Part shown: in pieces, positions 9,662-20,049 of the stretch
How the letters are laid out: each line of letters starts with the position of its first letter
How positions within the stretch are numbered: position 1 is the first letter of the stretch
From: Alphaproteobacteria bacterium
GTDB taxonomy: Bacteria; Pseudomonadota; Alphaproteobacteria; UBA828
DNA: 64,000 nucleotides
Assembly (NCBI GenBank): GCA_965237415.1
Contig: CBDEFM010000002.1
Location: 1,408,001-1,472,000, forward strand
Reading direction: 5' to 3'
Made by a program: the position numbers and the translations under genes
The notes under the pieces: generated by a model
The model's database searches: none
The model's input: the letters and a program-made list of their open reading frames with translations, nothing else
What the model was told of the DNA's origin: nothing

Positions 9662-10603
9662 ATGACCGGCGACGCCGAAAGCCGGGCGCACGCCGCCGCG
9701 GGAGCCGCCCCGAAGATCGGCGCGCGCGCGGTCGCCTACCTGCTGTTCGCGGGCGCGCTCTACGGCTTGCTCTTCTCGATCAACAAGGTCGCGACGACCA
9801 ATGGAGTGCCGGGCCTCGCCTACGTCTTCTGGCACACGCTGGGGGCGGGGCTGATCCTGTGGCTCGGCTGTCTCGCGACCCGCACGCCGGTCCGCTTCGA
9901 CCGCGCGCATCTGCGCCTCTATTTCGTCGCCGGCGCGCTCGGCATCTCGATCCCGGTATCCCTGCTCGCCCATGTGGCGCCCAATCTGCCGGCGAGCCTC
10001 GTGGTCATGGTCACCTGCCTCTCGCCCACCTGTACCTATCTGATGGCGATGGCGCTCCGCATGGAGCGGTTCCGGCTGCTCAGTACCGGCGGGGTGGCGC
10101 TCGGCCTCGCCGGGATCCTGATTCTGGTGGTGCCGGGCATCACGTTGCCGAGCTTCGCCGAGGTGAGCTGGCTGCTGCTGGCGCTGCTGGCGCCGGTCTG
10201 CTTCGCCGCGTTCAACATCGCAGGCGCGATCCTGTGGCCGCCCAAGGCGCATTCGTTGGGGCTCGCGTGCGGCATCCAGCTCGGCGGCGCGGTCGTGCTC
10301 GTGCCCGTGATGCTCGGCACGGGCGAGACTTACCTCTTCCCCGGCCCCTTGCTCGCCGGCGACCTCGCAATCCTGGGTGCGACCGGGGTCACCGCACTGG
10401 TCTGGTACCTCATCTTCGAGATCCTCAGGCTTGGCGGCCCGCTCTTCCTCTCCCAATTCGGCTATATCATCGTGCTGACAGGGTTCGGCTGGGGGGCGGT
10501 GATCTTCGGCGAGCGCCTGAGCAGCTCGGCCTGGATTGCGGCCGCCCTGTTGCTGGCGGGCCTCGCGGTGCTCACCTGGTCCAAGCGCCGCAGGAGGGCC
10601 TAG
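9662..10603 (+). CDS. DMT/EamA family transporter
   Basis: About ten hydrophobic segments in two EamA-like halves, GPLFLSQFGY, IFGERL. Confidence 0.85.
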   Translation: MTGDAESRAHAAAGAAPKIGARAVAYLLFAGALYGLLFSINKVATTNGVPGLAYVFWHTLGAGLILWLGCLATRTPVRFDRAHLRLYFVAGALGISIPVSLLAHVAPNLPASLVVMVTCLSPTCTYLMAMALRMERFRLLSTGGVALGLAGILILVVPGITLPSFAEVSWLLLALLAPVCFAAFNIAGAILWPPKAHSLGLACGIQLGGAVVLVPVMLGTGETYLFPGPLLAGDLAILGATGVTALVWYLIFEILRLGGPLFLSQFGYIIVLTGFGWGAVIFGERLSSSAWIAAALLLAGLAVLTWSKRRRRA

Positions 10604-10623
10604 CGGGTGTGGAAGGAAAGTGG

Positions 10624-11415
10624 ATGACGATCAGACTGCTTCAGATCGACACCTTCACCGACCGGGTGCTGGGCGGCAATCCGGCTGCGGTCTGCCCCCT
10701 CGACGCCTGGCTGGACGAGGCGACGATGCAGGCCATCGCGGCCGAGAACAATCTGTCGGAGACCGCGTTCATGGTGCCGGAGGGCGAGGGCTATCGCTTG
10801 CGCTGGTTCACGCCCAATGCCGAGGTCGACCTCTGCGGCCATGCCACGCTCGCCGCCGCCTTCGTCGTGTTCGAGGAGCTGAGGCCAGGCACCGAGAGCG
10901 TCGCGTTCGAGACGCTGAGCGGCCGGCTCACGGTCACCCGCGACGGCGAGGCGCTGGTCATGAATTTTCCGGCCCAGCCGGCCAAGCCGACGCCGGCACC
11001 GGCGGTGCTCGCGCAAGCGCTCGGCGCGGCGCCGGCCGAGGTGCTTGCCGGCGCCGACTGGATCGCGGTGTTCGAGAGGGCGACGCAGGTTTCGGGCCTC
11101 AGTCCCGACCAAACGCTGCTGACGACCCTCGCCCGGCGCGGCGTGGTGGCGACCGCGCCGGGCGACGAGGGCGACGCGGACTATGTGCTGCGCTTCTTCG
11201 CGCCTAAGAATGCCGTACCCGAGGACCCGGTTACCGGCAATGTGCAGACCGCGCTGGTACCTTACTGGGCTGGCCGGCTCGGCAAGCGACGGCTCGCCGT
11301 GCACCAGCTTTCGGCGCGTGGCGGGCGGATGGTGTGCGAAGATCGCGGCGAGCGGGTGTCGATTGCAGGCCGCGCGGTGCGCTACATGGACGCGACCATC
11401 TCGGTCGGCAGCTAA
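10624..11415 (+). CDS. PhzF family isomerase/epimerase
   Basis: QIDTFT..GGNPAAV, NNLSETAF, LRWFTP..EVDLCGHATLA, EDPVTG; real start ATG 10624 inside the longer called ORF. Confidence 0.9.
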   Translation: MTIRLLQIDTFTDRVLGGNPAAVCPLDAWLDEATMQAIAAENNLSETAFMVPEGEGYRLRWFTPNAEVDLCGHATLAAAFVVFEELRPGTESVAFETLSGRLTVTRDGEALVMNFPAQPAKPTPAPAVLAQALGAAPAEVLAGADWIAVFERATQVSGLSPDQTLLTTLARRGVVATAPGDEGDADYVLRFFAPKNAVPEDPVTGNVQTALVPYWAGRLGKRRLAVHQLSARGGRMVCEDRGERVSIAGRAVRYMDATISVGS

Positions 11416-11437
11416 CGCTGAGCCGCGCCCCCGGTCG

Positions 11438-11782
11438 TCAACCGGCGCAGTCCATGCAGCGGGCGATGGTCGGGTCGATGGCGAGGCGCTTGGCCGGAAT
11501 CCGCTCTCCGCAGTCGACGCAGTAGCCGTAGTCGCCCGTATCGAGGCGGCGCAGCGCTGCATCGATGAGCGGCAGGCGCGCGCGGCGGCGCGCCTCCACC
11601 GTTTGCGCCATCGCCTGCACCTGCATGGCGTCCATGCGCGACACGCGGCCGACGCTCTGCTGATCGAGCGCGACCGGGCGCCGCTCGTCTGCCGCTGCGT
11701 CGCTCAGCGCAAGAAGATCGGCACGCTCCCGTTCGAGGCTCTCCCGAATCTTTTTCGGATCGCGCGTGGGGCGGGCGGTCAT
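11438..11782 (-). CDS. TraR/DksA C4-type zinc finger protein
   Basis: LDQQSVGRVSRMDAMQ coiled-coil tip, YGYCVDCGE..RL..P....CMDC; start ATG 11782 inferred. Confidence 0.88.
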   Translation of the reverse strand: MTARPTRDPKKIRESLERERADLLALSDAAADERRPVALDQQSVGRVSRMDAMQVQAMAQTVEARRRARLPLIDAALRRLDTGDYGYCVDCGERIPAKRLAIDPTIARCMDCAG

Positions 11783-11946
11783 GGGCGGCGTCGGCGCATC
11801 ACGGGGAGGATTGTAGACGATCGAGCGGAGCAATCGAAGGCGGCATACAAAGGCACGCATTTCAAGCGACGTCCGGGCGGCGCGCTTGACGCGCTCGCCT
11901 GCCCCGCCGCACCCTGCAAGGCGAGAGGAATAGAAGGGGGAAACCG

Positions 11947-12867
11947 ATGGCGACCGGCGCAATCGTGGTCACCGGATCGGCGGGGCTGATCGGATTCGGC
12001 GTCGCGTCCCGGCTTGCGCGGGAAGGGCGCACCGTGATCGGCACCGATCGTATCCAGCCGCGGGAGGACGGCGGGTTCCCCTCGACGGATGCGGAGCTTA
12101 CCGACGTCCACAAGCTGCACGCGATCTGCAGCGGCGATATCGCCGCGATCGTCCATTGCGGGGCGGTCTCTGGCCCCATGTTGGGCCGCGACAATCCGCG
12201 TGCGGTGATCGAGACCAACGTCGCGGGCACCGCCAATCTGCTCGAGATCGCCCGTCAGCGCGGCGTCCGCCTGGTGTTCTGCTCTTCGACATCGGCCTAC
12301 GGCAACACGGCCGCCGGCCTCGATCCGGTGCCCGAGGATGCGCCGCTCGCGGCCAACGACATCTACGGCGCCACCAAGGCTTCCGGAGACATCCTCACAC
12401 GCGCCTACGTGGCGCAGACCGGCCTCGACGCCGTCGTGCTGCGCTTCTCCTGGGTCTACGGGCCGCGCCGGCGTACCACCTGCGTCGTGCGCGAGATTAT
12501 TCAGGACGCGCAGGCCGGGCGGGCCACCGCGCTCCCCTATGGCAGCGGCTTCACGCGCCAATATGTTTATATCGACGATGTCGTGGGCGCTGTGGTCGCG
12601 GCGCTCGGCACAGGCGAGTTCGGGTCGCAGCGCGCGTTCAACATCACCGGCGGCCAGCGCCTAGAGTTCGGGGAGATCGCGGACGCCGTCAGGCGCGCGC
12701 TGCCGGAGGCGCAGATCTCGCTCGGCGAGGGCGACGACCCCGAGGACCAGAGCCACGGTCGGTTCGATATCTCGGCCGCCGCCCGCGTCCTCAACTGGCA
12801 GCCGAAGGTCGCGTTCGAAGACGGCGTGCGCGACTACGCAGCCTGGCTCGCCGAGAACCCGGTGTAG
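11947..12867 (+). CDS. NAD-dependent epimerase/dehydratase (extended SDR)
   Basis: VTGSAGLIG, CSSTSAYG, YGATK catalytic motif, VYGP. Confidence 0.88.
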   Translation: MATGAIVVTGSAGLIGFGVASRLAREGRTVIGTDRIQPREDGGFPSTDAELTDVHKLHAICSGDIAAIVHCGAVSGPMLGRDNPRAVIETNVAGTANLLEIARQRGVRLVFCSSTSAYGNTAAGLDPVPEDAPLAANDIYGATKASGDILTRAYVAQTGLDAVVLRFSWVYGPRRRTTCVVREIIQDAQAGRATALPYGSGFTRQYVYIDDVVGAVVAALGTGEFGSQRAFNITGGQRLEFGEIADAVRRALPEAQISLGEGDDPEDQSHGRFDISAAARVLNWQPKVAFEDGVRDYAAWLAENPV

Positions 12868-12932
12868 GGCGGACGCAGGCTCTGGGAGCCGTCGGCAACA
12901 ACGAAACGACAAGAATCAGAGGGAGGATCGCC

Positions 12933-13727
12933 ATGCCACGCGCAGCGGTCATCGTGCCGTTTCCCTTCGACGAGGAAGGCCTCGACTACAGGCGTGCCGA
13001 AATGGAGCAGGTCGAGCTCTCGGGCCAGGTCACCTTCGACTACAAGCCGCTCAAGGCAGGCCCGAAGCATTTTATCGGCCGCCATGACGAGATGCTGGTG
13101 GAATTCGCCATCTTCGAGGCGGGCATCGCACTCGCCGAGGAAGGCTATGACGCCATCACGGTCAACACGCTGAGCGATTCCGGCGTCCCCGAGCTGCGCG
13201 CGGTGCTGGACATCCCCGTGGTCTCGAACGGCAAGTCGTCGCTTCTCTACGCGCTCACCCTCGGCACCCGATTTTGCGTGATCGCGCAGACCGACCCGGC
13301 CTATTCGCAGTACACCGACGCCTGGCTCGCCTTTTACAAGAACCTGATGAAGAAGTTCGAGATCGCGCATTTCTGCAGCTCGATCGAGCTGTTCGAGGCG
13401 CAATCGGACATGAAGGCACTGTTCGCCGGCCGAGAGGCCGAGGTCTTCCCCAAGATGAAGGAGGCCTGCGAGAGAGGCCTCGCCAAGGGGGCGGACGTGA
13501 TCGTTCTCGGCTCCACGACTCTCTCTCAGGCGGGGCCCTACCTCTCGGAGAACCTGCCTGTCCCGGTGGTCAATCCGGGACCGCTCTCGCTGAAGATGGT
13601 GGAGATGGTGCTCGGCCTCGGCCACTGCCACAGCCCGGTGGCGCATCCCAAGCCCGCCGTGCCCCGGCCGAAAATGATCCGCGCCATGCTGGACGCCGCC
13701 CGCGCTCATCAGGATGCGGACGACTAG
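12933..13727 (+). CDS. Asp/Glu/hydantoin racemase family protein (Cys-less variant)
   Basis: EGYDAITVNTLSDSGV..LR..LDIPVV and GADVIVLGSTT, LPVPVVNP; RBS GGAGG before ATG 12933. Confidence 0.8.
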   Translation: MPRAAVIVPFPFDEEGLDYRRAEMEQVELSGQVTFDYKPLKAGPKHFIGRHDEMLVEFAIFEAGIALAEEGYDAITVNTLSDSGVPELRAVLDIPVVSNGKSSLLYALTLGTRFCVIAQTDPAYSQYTDAWLAFYKNLMKKFEIAHFCSSIELFEAQSDMKALFAGREAEVFPKMKEACERGLAKGADVIVLGSTTLSQAGPYLSENLPVPVVNPGPLSLKMVEMVLGLGHCHSPVAHPKPAVPRPKMIRAMLDAARAHQDADD

Positions 13728-13751
13728 CCGGCGCCGGGTCGCGGGGGGCGC

Positions 13752-14582
13752 ATGAGCGAACCCTTGGCCAAGGGCGAACCGGCGGGCGCCGGTGGGCCGG
13801 CGGCCTGGGATGCCGGCCTTTACGACCGCTCGTTCGGCTTCGTCTCGGCCTTTGCCACGGACATGGTCGAACTGCTCGCGCCCGAGCCGGGCGAGCGGAT
13901 CGTCGATCTCGGCTGCGGTACCGGGACGCTGACCGCGGCCATCGCCGCACGTGGCGCCGATGTGATCGGCATCGACGGCGATAAGGCGATGGTCGAGCGT
14001 GCGCGTGCGCTTCACCCGACGCTGACGTTCGAGCATGCCGACGGGCGCGACTTCGCCATTGAGGGGCACGCCGACGCGGTCTTCTCCAACGCCGCGCTCC
14101 ACTGGATGACGGAGGCGCCGCCGCAGGTCATCGCCTGCGTGGCGCGGGCGCTCAAGCCCGGCGGCCGGTTCGTCGCCGAGATGGGCGCTCACCGCAACGT
14201 TCGGATCATCACCGACGCGCTTTACCAGGCGCTCGCCGAGGAAGGCGTCCCGGCCGAGGCGGTGGACTTCCCCTGGTATTTTCCGCGCACGAGCCACTAT
14301 GTCGGCTTGCTGGAGGATGGCGGCTTCGACGTGACGCAGCTCTACTATTTCGCCCGCCCGACACCGCTCGACGACTGCCCGAACGGCCTCGCCGACTGGA
14401 TCGTCATGTTCGGCCGGAATTTTACCGACGCGGCACCGCCCGGGCGTGCGCCGGCGGTCATAGACCGCACGATTGAGCTCACCCGCGACCGGCTTCGCCC
14501 GGATGGCCGCTGGATCACCGACTACACGCGCCTTCGCTTCGTTGCCGTGAAGGCGGTCGGCGATAGCCAATTTGATGCTTGA
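13752..14582 (+). CDS. Class I SAM-dependent methyltransferase
   Basis: WDAGLY, IVDLGCGTG, DAVFSNAALHW, LKPGGRFVAEMG, PWYFP, DYTRLRF. Confidence 0.88.
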   Translation: MSEPLAKGEPAGAGGPAAWDAGLYDRSFGFVSAFATDMVELLAPEPGERIVDLGCGTGTLTAAIAARGADVIGIDGDKAMVERARALHPTLTFEHADGRDFAIEGHADAVFSNAALHWMTEAPPQVIACVARALKPGGRFVAEMGAHRNVRIITDALYQALAEEGVPAEAVDFPWYFPRTSHYVGLLEDGGFDVTQLYYFARPTPLDDCPNGLADWIVMFGRNFTDAAPPGRAPAVIDRTIELTRDRLRPDGRWITDYTRLRFVAVKAVGDSQFDA

Positions 14583-14600
14583 TGCGTGATGCGGTAGCGT
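14572..14600 (+). promoter_or_regulatory. Putative sigma70 promoter of the vapBC module with three TGATGC direct repeats (probable antitoxin operator)
   Basis: TTGATG-N17-TAGCGT; TGATGC at 14573, 14580, 14587 (7-bp period). Confidence 0.55.
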
Positions 14601-14631
14601 CACTATCCCCGTCTCGATCCGGAATCTTGCG

Positions 14632-14883
14632 ATGCGAACCACACTGAACATCGACGACGATCTGCTCTTCACCGTGAAGGAACTCGCACGGGTCGAGTCG
14701 ACATCTGCAGGCGAGGTGGTGTCGAACCTCTTGCGGCAATCCCTGGCGCGCGATGACTCGGACGGTGCGGGAGATCGCGAGCAGGACAGCCGCGCCGAGT
14801 TCGGCTTTCGTCCGTTTCCCAACCGCGGCGGCGTGGTCACCAACGAACTGCTCAACCGGCTGCGCGAAGAAATCGGCGACTGA
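14632..14883 (+). CDS. CopG/RHH-type antitoxin (VapB-like)
   Basis: MRTTLNIDDDLL..KELAR, GGVVTNELLNRLREE; overlaps the start of a PIN gene. Confidence 0.85.
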   Translation: MRTTLNIDDDLLFTVKELARVESTSAGEVVSNLLRQSLARDDSDGAGDREQDSRAEFGFRPFPNRGGVVTNELLNRLREEIGD

Positions 14884-15311
14884 TGCGGGCTTTGCCGGAC
14901 GTGAACGTCCTGATCGCCCTGCTTGACGCCGACCACCTGCATCACGAGGCCGCCCGACGCTGGCTGCGGGACAATATCCGAGAGGGGTGGGCAACCTGTC
15001 CCCTTACGGAAAACGGATGCGTACGGATCATGGCGCAACCCGCCTATCCCAACCGGCTGCAGGCCTCTCAGGTCGCTGAGCGTCTCCGCACGGCAAGCGC
15101 TACCGACCATCACCATTTCTGGCCCGACGAAGTAAGCCTTCTGAATTCGGGTGTTGTCGATTGGCGCCGGGTGGTCGGCCCGAGACAGATATCCGATGTT
15201 TATCTGCTAGCGCTTGCTGTCGCGCGGCGAGGGCGATTTGTGACGTTCGACGCCCGTATCAATCCCGACGCCGTCACCGGGGCGGGAGTCGAGAGCTATC
15301 AGGTGATCTGA
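14883..15311 (+). CDS. PIN-domain toxin (VapC family ribonuclease)
   Basis: LPDVNVLIAL, CPLTENG, QISDVYLLALA, FVTFD acidic PIN residues. Confidence 0.88.
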   Translation: MRALPDVNVLIALLDADHLHHEAARRWLRDNIREGWATCPLTENGCVRIMAQPAYPNRLQASQVAERLRTASATDHHHFWPDEVSLLNSGVVDWRRVVGPRQISDVYLLALAVARRGRFVTFDARINPDAVTGAGVESYQVI

Positions 15312-15459
15312 CTGACGGGGCAGCGGCCGCTGCCGGGGAGAGCCGCTCTCGACCGGACGCCGCAATCTCGCCACATTGACCGCCTACGCGGGGCAGTGAC
15401 AGACTTTAGGTCGATTCGCGGCACCCGCCCGAGTCTCCCCGAGCGATTGAGTAGAGCCC

Positions 15460-16212
15460 ATGGCCGGTCATTCCAAATGGGCCAACATCATGTACCGCAA
15501 GGGCGCGCAAGACGCCCGGCGGGCCAAGCGGTTCACGAAGCTGATCCGCGAAGTCTACGTCGCGGCCAGAGAAGGCGCGCCCGACCCCGACCACAATTCC
15601 AGGTTGCGCACGGCCATCGCGGCGGCAAAGTCGCATAGCGTGCCCAAGGACAATATCGAGCGCGCGCTGAAGAAGGCGGCGGGCGGGGACGGCGGCCAGG
15701 AGCGCTTCGACACCTTGAGCTACGAAGGATTCGGGCCCGGCGGTGTCGCCGTCATCGTCGATGCGATCACCGACAACCGCAACCGGACCGCAGCCGAGAT
15801 CCGCTCGATCTTCAGCCGGCACGGCGGCACGCTCGGCGAGACAGGCTCTGTGAACTATCTGTTCCAACGTGTTGGGATTATTCGTTTTCCCGCGGACGCG
15901 GCGAGCGACGACGACATCTTCGAAGCCGCGCTCGAGGTCGGCGCCGACGAGTGCGAGAGCGAGGCGGACGGGCACGAGATGATTTGCGCGCCCGAATCCC
16001 TGAGCGAGACCAACGAGGCGCTGACCGCGCGCTTCGGTGCGCCGGAGCGGGTCGAGATTGCCTGGCGCCCGCAGACGACAGTGCCGATCGACGAAGACAA
16101 GGCGGCGGCCGTCTTCAAGCTGCTGGAAGCGCTCGACGACAGCGACGACGTTCAGCAGGTATCGGCGAACTACGACGTGACCGACGATGTCCTGCACAAG
16201 CTCTCGGCCTGA
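15460..16212 (+). CDS. yebC: YebC/PmpR family protein
   Basis: MAGHSKWANI, YEGFGPGG, TDNRNRT, DDVQQVSAN; precedes ruvC. Confidence 0.95.
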   Translation: MAGHSKWANIMYRKGAQDARRAKRFTKLIREVYVAAREGAPDPDHNSRLRTAIAAAKSHSVPKDNIERALKKAAGGDGGQERFDTLSYEGFGPGGVAVIVDAITDNRNRTAAEIRSIFSRHGGTLGETGSVNYLFQRVGIIRFPADAASDDDIFEAALEVGADECESEADGHEMICAPESLSETNEALTARFGAPERVEIAWRPQTTVPIDEDKAAAVFKLLEALDDSDDVQQVSANYDVTDDVLHKLSA

Positions 16213-16227
16213 GTGGAGGTGAGCAAC

Positions 16228-16752
16228 GTGGCACGCGTCCTCGGTATCGATCCCGGTCTCCGCCGTATGGGCTGGGGCGTGATCGAAACCGTTGGCAACC
16301 GGCTGCGCCATATCGACCACGGCGTGGTCGATACCGATGCCAAGGCGAGCGTGCCGGAGCGTCTCTGCGCCCTGCACGAAGGGCTCGCGCAGATCGTTGC
16401 GCGCCACGCGCCGGACGAAGCGGCGGTCGAGGAGAGCTTCGTCAACCGGAACGCCGAGTCGACCCTCAAGCTCGGTCTGGCGCGGGGCGTTGCCCTGCTC
16501 GTGCCGGCGCTCGCCGGTCTTCCCGTCCACGAATACGCCGCGAACCGGATCAAGAAGGCGCTGGTCGGTGCCGGACATGCCGACAAGGAGCAGGTCGCCC
16601 TGATGGTCCGCCACCTGTTGCCCGGCCTCGGCGATGCACCTGCGGATGCCACGGACGCGCTCGCCGCGGCAATCTGTCACGCGCACGCCGCCGGCACCCA
16701 CGCCCGCTGGCAGCCGGCCTCGGAGCCGGCAGCGGCGAAGCCCGGCCGATGA
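16228..16752 (+). CDS. ruvC: Holliday junction resolvase RuvC
   Basis: [42 protein letters not shown]; GTG 16228 after GGAGGT. Confidence 0.95.
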   Translation: MARVLGIDPGLRRMGWGVIETVGNRLRHIDHGVVDTDAKASVPERLCALHEGLAQIVARHAPDEAAVEESFVNRNAESTLKLGLARGVALLVPALAGLPVHEYAANRIKKALVGAGHADKEQVALMVRHLLPGLGDAPADATDALAAAICHAHAAGTHARWQPASEPAAAKPGR

Positions 16753-17342
16753 TCGCAAAGCTGCGCGGGGCTCTCGACAGCGTGGGCGACGGCTGGGCTG
16801 TCGTCGATGTGGGCGGCGTCGGCTATCTGACCTATTGCTCCGCCGGCACGCTGGCTTCGATGCCCGCGCGGGGGCAGGAGGTGAGTCTCACCGTCGAGAC
16901 CGTGGTGCGTGAAGATCACATCCATCTCTACGGTTTCGCGAGCGAGCAGGAGCGAGACTGGTTCCGTCTGCTGCAAACAGTGCAGAGCGTCGGCGCGCGT
17001 CTGGCGCTCGCGATTCTGGGCGCCTTGCCCGCGGCGGAGCTCGCTGCCTGCATCGCGGCCCAGGATAGAGCTGGGCTCACGCGCGCGCCCGGGGTGGGGC
17101 CTAAGCTCGCGGCGCGCATCCTGAGCGAGCTCGCGGACAAGGCACCGGCCCTGCCGGGTGCGGCTCCCTCGCCCACGACCGCCGGCGGCACGGTAAACGG
17201 CGATGCGATCGCAGCTCTCGTCAACCTGGGCTACCGCCCGACGGAGGCCCACGGTGCCATCTCAGGCGCAGCGCTCACGCTCGGCGATGAGGCCTCCGTC
17301 GAGGCATTGATCCGCGCCGGGCTGAGGGAACTCGCGCAGTGA
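16749..17342 (+). CDS. ruvA: Holliday junction branch migration protein RuvA
   Basis: [43 protein letters not shown]; ATGA overlap with ruvC. Confidence 0.95.
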   Translation: MIAKLRGALDSVGDGWAVVDVGGVGYLTYCSAGTLASMPARGQEVSLTVETVVREDHIHLYGFASEQERDWFRLLQTVQSVGARLALAILGALPAAELAACIAAQDRAGLTRAPGVGPKLAARILSELADKAPALPGAAPSPTTAGGTVNGDAIAALVNLGYRPTEAHGAISGAALTLGDEASVEALIRAGLRELAQ

Positions 17343-18385
17343 GCGAGGCCCGAATTGTCGCCGGTGCGGCGGAGCCCGAGGACAGGCTCGACAGCGGGCT
17401 CAGACCCCGCAAGCTCGACGACTTCGTCGGCCAGCGTGCAATACGAGAAAACCTGCGGGTTTTCATCACCGCCGCGGCCGAACGAGGCGAGGCCCTCGAC
17501 CACGTGCTGTTCTACGGCCCGCCGGGCCTCGGCAAGACGACCCTGGCGCAGATCGTCGCCCGCGAGCTCGGCGTCGGCATCCGCACGACCTCGGGCCCGG
17601 TCATCGCGCGCGCCGGCGACCTGGCGGCGATCCTGACGAACCTCAACGAACGCGACGTGCTGTTCATCGACGAGATCCACCGGCTCAACCCGGCGGTGGA
17701 AGAGATCCTCTACCCGGCGATGGAGGATTCGCAGCTCGACCTGATTATCGGCGAGGGGCCGGGCGCGCGTTCGGTACGCATCGATCTGCCGCCCTTCACC
17801 CTGGTTGGCGCCACGACGCGCACCGGCCTCATCACGAATCCCTTGCGCGAGCGCTTCGGCATTCCGCTCAGGCTCGACTTTTACGAAGTCCCGGAGCTGG
17901 TCGAGATCGTGACCCGCAATGCGGTGCTTCTCGACGTGACGCTCAGCGCCGATGGGGCGGCGGAGATTGCCGCCCGCTCCCGCGGCACGCCGCGCATCGC
18001 CGGCCGCTTGCTGCGCCGGGTGCGCGACTTTGCGGCGGTGGCCGATGTCGAGTTGATCGATGCCGGCATCGCAGACCGGGCGCTCAACCGGCTCGAGGTG
18101 GACCAGCGCGGCCTCGATTCGATGGATCGGCGCTATCTCGCCTGCATCGCCGAGAACTATGACGGTGGCCCCGTGGGGATCGAGACCATTGCGGCGGCGC
18201 TCTCCGAACAGCGCGACGGGTTGGAGGAGGTGATCGAGCCCTTCCTGATCCAGCAAGGCTTCGTGCAACGGACACCGCGTGGCCGGATGCTGACCCGGCA
18301 CGGCTTCGGTCACCTGGGTCTGGCGCAGCCTGAGGAGGCACCGCGCCAACTCGCCCTGCTCGACGAAGGCCATGGCAACCGTTGA
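17339..18385 (+). CDS. ruvB: Holliday junction helicase RuvB
   Basis: [39 protein letters not shown]. Confidence 0.97.
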   Translation: MSEARIVAGAAEPEDRLDSGLRPRKLDDFVGQRAIRENLRVFITAAAERGEALDHVLFYGPPGLGKTTLAQIVARELGVGIRTTSGPVIARAGDLAAILTNLNERDVLFIDEIHRLNPAVEEILYPAMEDSQLDLIIGEGPGARSVRIDLPPFTLVGATTRTGLITNPLRERFGIPLRLDFYEVPELVEIVTRNAVLLDVTLSADGAAEIAARSRGTPRIAGRLLRRVRDFAAVADVELIDAGIADRALNRLEVDQRGLDSMDRRYLACIAENYDGGPVGIETIAAALSEQRDGLEEVIEPFLIQQGFVQRTPRGRMLTRHGFGHLGLAQPEEAPRQLALLDEGHGNR

Positions 18386-18842
18386 ACCGGACACACCGGC
18401 GGCACCCCTCGGCGGCCGCTTCGAGGACGCGGAGCATGTCTATCCGCTCCGCGTCTACCATGAGGACACCGACGCCAGCGGCATCGTCTATTACGCCAAC
18501 TACCTCAAGTTCGCCGAACGGGCGCGGACCGAGTTGATGCGCGGCGCCGGCATCACGCACGTCACGCTGCTGGGGGACCACGATGCGGCGTTTGTCGTCA
18601 GGCGCTGCGTGGTGGACTACCGCCAGCCGGCGCGGCTCGACGACGCAATCGAGGTGCGCACGAGCATCGGCAGGGTGGCGGGTGCGCATATCGACGCGGA
18701 GCAGCGCGTCGTGCGCGAAGGAGCTCTGCTGGCCACGGTCGGCCTCAGGCTCGGCTGCGTCGGCCGCAACGGCCGCGCGGTACGCCTGCCAACGCCCTTG
18801 CGCCATGCGCTCTCTGGACTGGTGTCGGCGGATCAGCGGTAA
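18372..18842 (+). CDS. ybgC: Tol-pal-associated acyl-CoA thioesterase
   Basis: [28 protein letters not shown]; between ruvB and tolQ. Confidence 0.92.
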   Translation: MATVEPDTPAAPLGGRFEDAEHVYPLRVYHEDTDASGIVYYANYLKFAERARTELMRGAGITHVTLLGDHDAAFVVRRCVVDYRQPARLDDAIEVRTSIGRVAGAHIDAEQRVVREGALLATVGLRLGCVGRNGRAVRLPTPLRHALSGLVSADQR

Positions 18843-18853
18843 CGGGAGTAGCC

Positions 18854-19588
18854 ATGGATTCCGACCTTGTTCGCGCCGTTGAGATCGGCGCCAGTGCGGT
18901 GGCCGAGGACTTCTCCCTCTGGGGCCTGTTTTTGCAGGCCGACGTCATCGTCAAGGCCGTTATCGTGGTCCTTCTGATCGCGTCGCTCTGGAGCTGGGCG
19001 ATCATCTTCGACAAAAGCCTCCGCTACGCCCGCGCCCGCCGCCTCGCCGTCGAGTTCGAGCAGGCCTTCTGGTCCGGCGGCTCCCTCGATCAGCTCTACG
19101 ACGATCTCTCCACGAAGCGCAGCCACCCGATGACCGTGCTGTTCGCCTCGGCGATGGACGAATGGCGCCGCTTCGCGAACCGCGGAACTCACCTCTCGGC
19201 GGACCGGCTCGAAGGCCTTCAGCGCCGTATCGCCTACGCCATGGATGCCGCGCTCAATCGCGAGCTGGATCAGCTCGAGCGCTACCTCGGTTTCTTGGCC
19301 ACGGTGGGGGCAACCGCGCCGTTCGTCGGCCTGTTCGGCACCGTCTGGGGCATCATGAACAGCTTTCAGTCGATCGCGGCGAGCAAGGACACCTCGCTCG
19401 CCGTGGTTGCGCCGGGCATCGCCGAGGCGCTGTTCGCGACCGCACTCGGCCTGGTCGCCGCCATCCCGGCGGTGGTGGCCTACAACAAGCTCAGCAGCGA
19501 CCTCGACCGCTATGCCGGCCGACTGGAGGCCTTCGGCACCGAGTTCCGCGCCCTTCTTGGCCGTCAGCTTGAGGAGCGCGCCGTCTGA
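18854..19588 (+). CDS. tolQ: Tol-Pal system protein TolQ
   Basis: [30 protein letters not shown]. Confidence 0.95.
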   Translation: MDSDLVRAVEIGASAVAEDFSLWGLFLQADVIVKAVIVVLLIASLWSWAIIFDKSLRYARARRLAVEFEQAFWSGGSLDQLYDDLSTKRSHPMTVLFASAMDEWRRFANRGTHLSADRLEGLQRRIAYAMDAALNRELDQLERYLGFLATVGATAPFVGLFGTVWGIMNSFQSIAASKDTSLAVVAPGIAEALFATALGLVAAIPAVVAYNKLSSDLDRYAGRLEAFGTEFRALLGRQLEERAV

Positions 19589-20049
19589 TGGCGGCCGAAT
19601 GGGACGGGCCGTTGAACGGCCTGAGCCGAGGCGGGCGCGGGCGCCGCCGCCGCGCGCCCATGAGCCAGATCAACGTGACTCCGTTCGTCGATGTCATGCT
19701 CGTACTCCTGGTGATCTTCATGATCACGGCGCCGCTGCTCACTGTGGGGGTCGAGGTCGATCTGCCCGAGGCCGACACGCCGCCGCTCGCTGGAGACGAC
19801 GAGCCGCTCTCGATCACCATCACCCGCGACGGCACGACCTATCTCCAGGAAACCGAGGTTGCGCTGGAGGCGCTGATCCCCAAGCTCAGGGCGATCACCG
19901 AACGCCGCCCCGACGTGCGCATCTTCATCCGCGGCGACCGCGACATCGCCTACGGGCGGGTGATGGAGGTCATGGGCGTTCTCAACGCCGCGGGCTTCAA
20001 CAACGTTGCGCTGGTGACCGAGCCGCGCAGGTCGGTGAGCGATGAGTAA
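19588..20049 (+). CDS. tolR: Tol-Pal system protein TolR
   Basis: [34 protein letters not shown]. Confidence 0.95.
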   Translation: MAAEWDGPLNGLSRGGRGRRRRAPMSQINVTPFVDVMLVLLVIFMITAPLLTVGVEVDLPEADTPPLAGDDEPLSITITRDGTTYLQETEVALEALIPKLRAITERRPDVRIFIRGDRDIAYGRVMEVMGVLNAAGFNNVALVTEPRRSVSDE

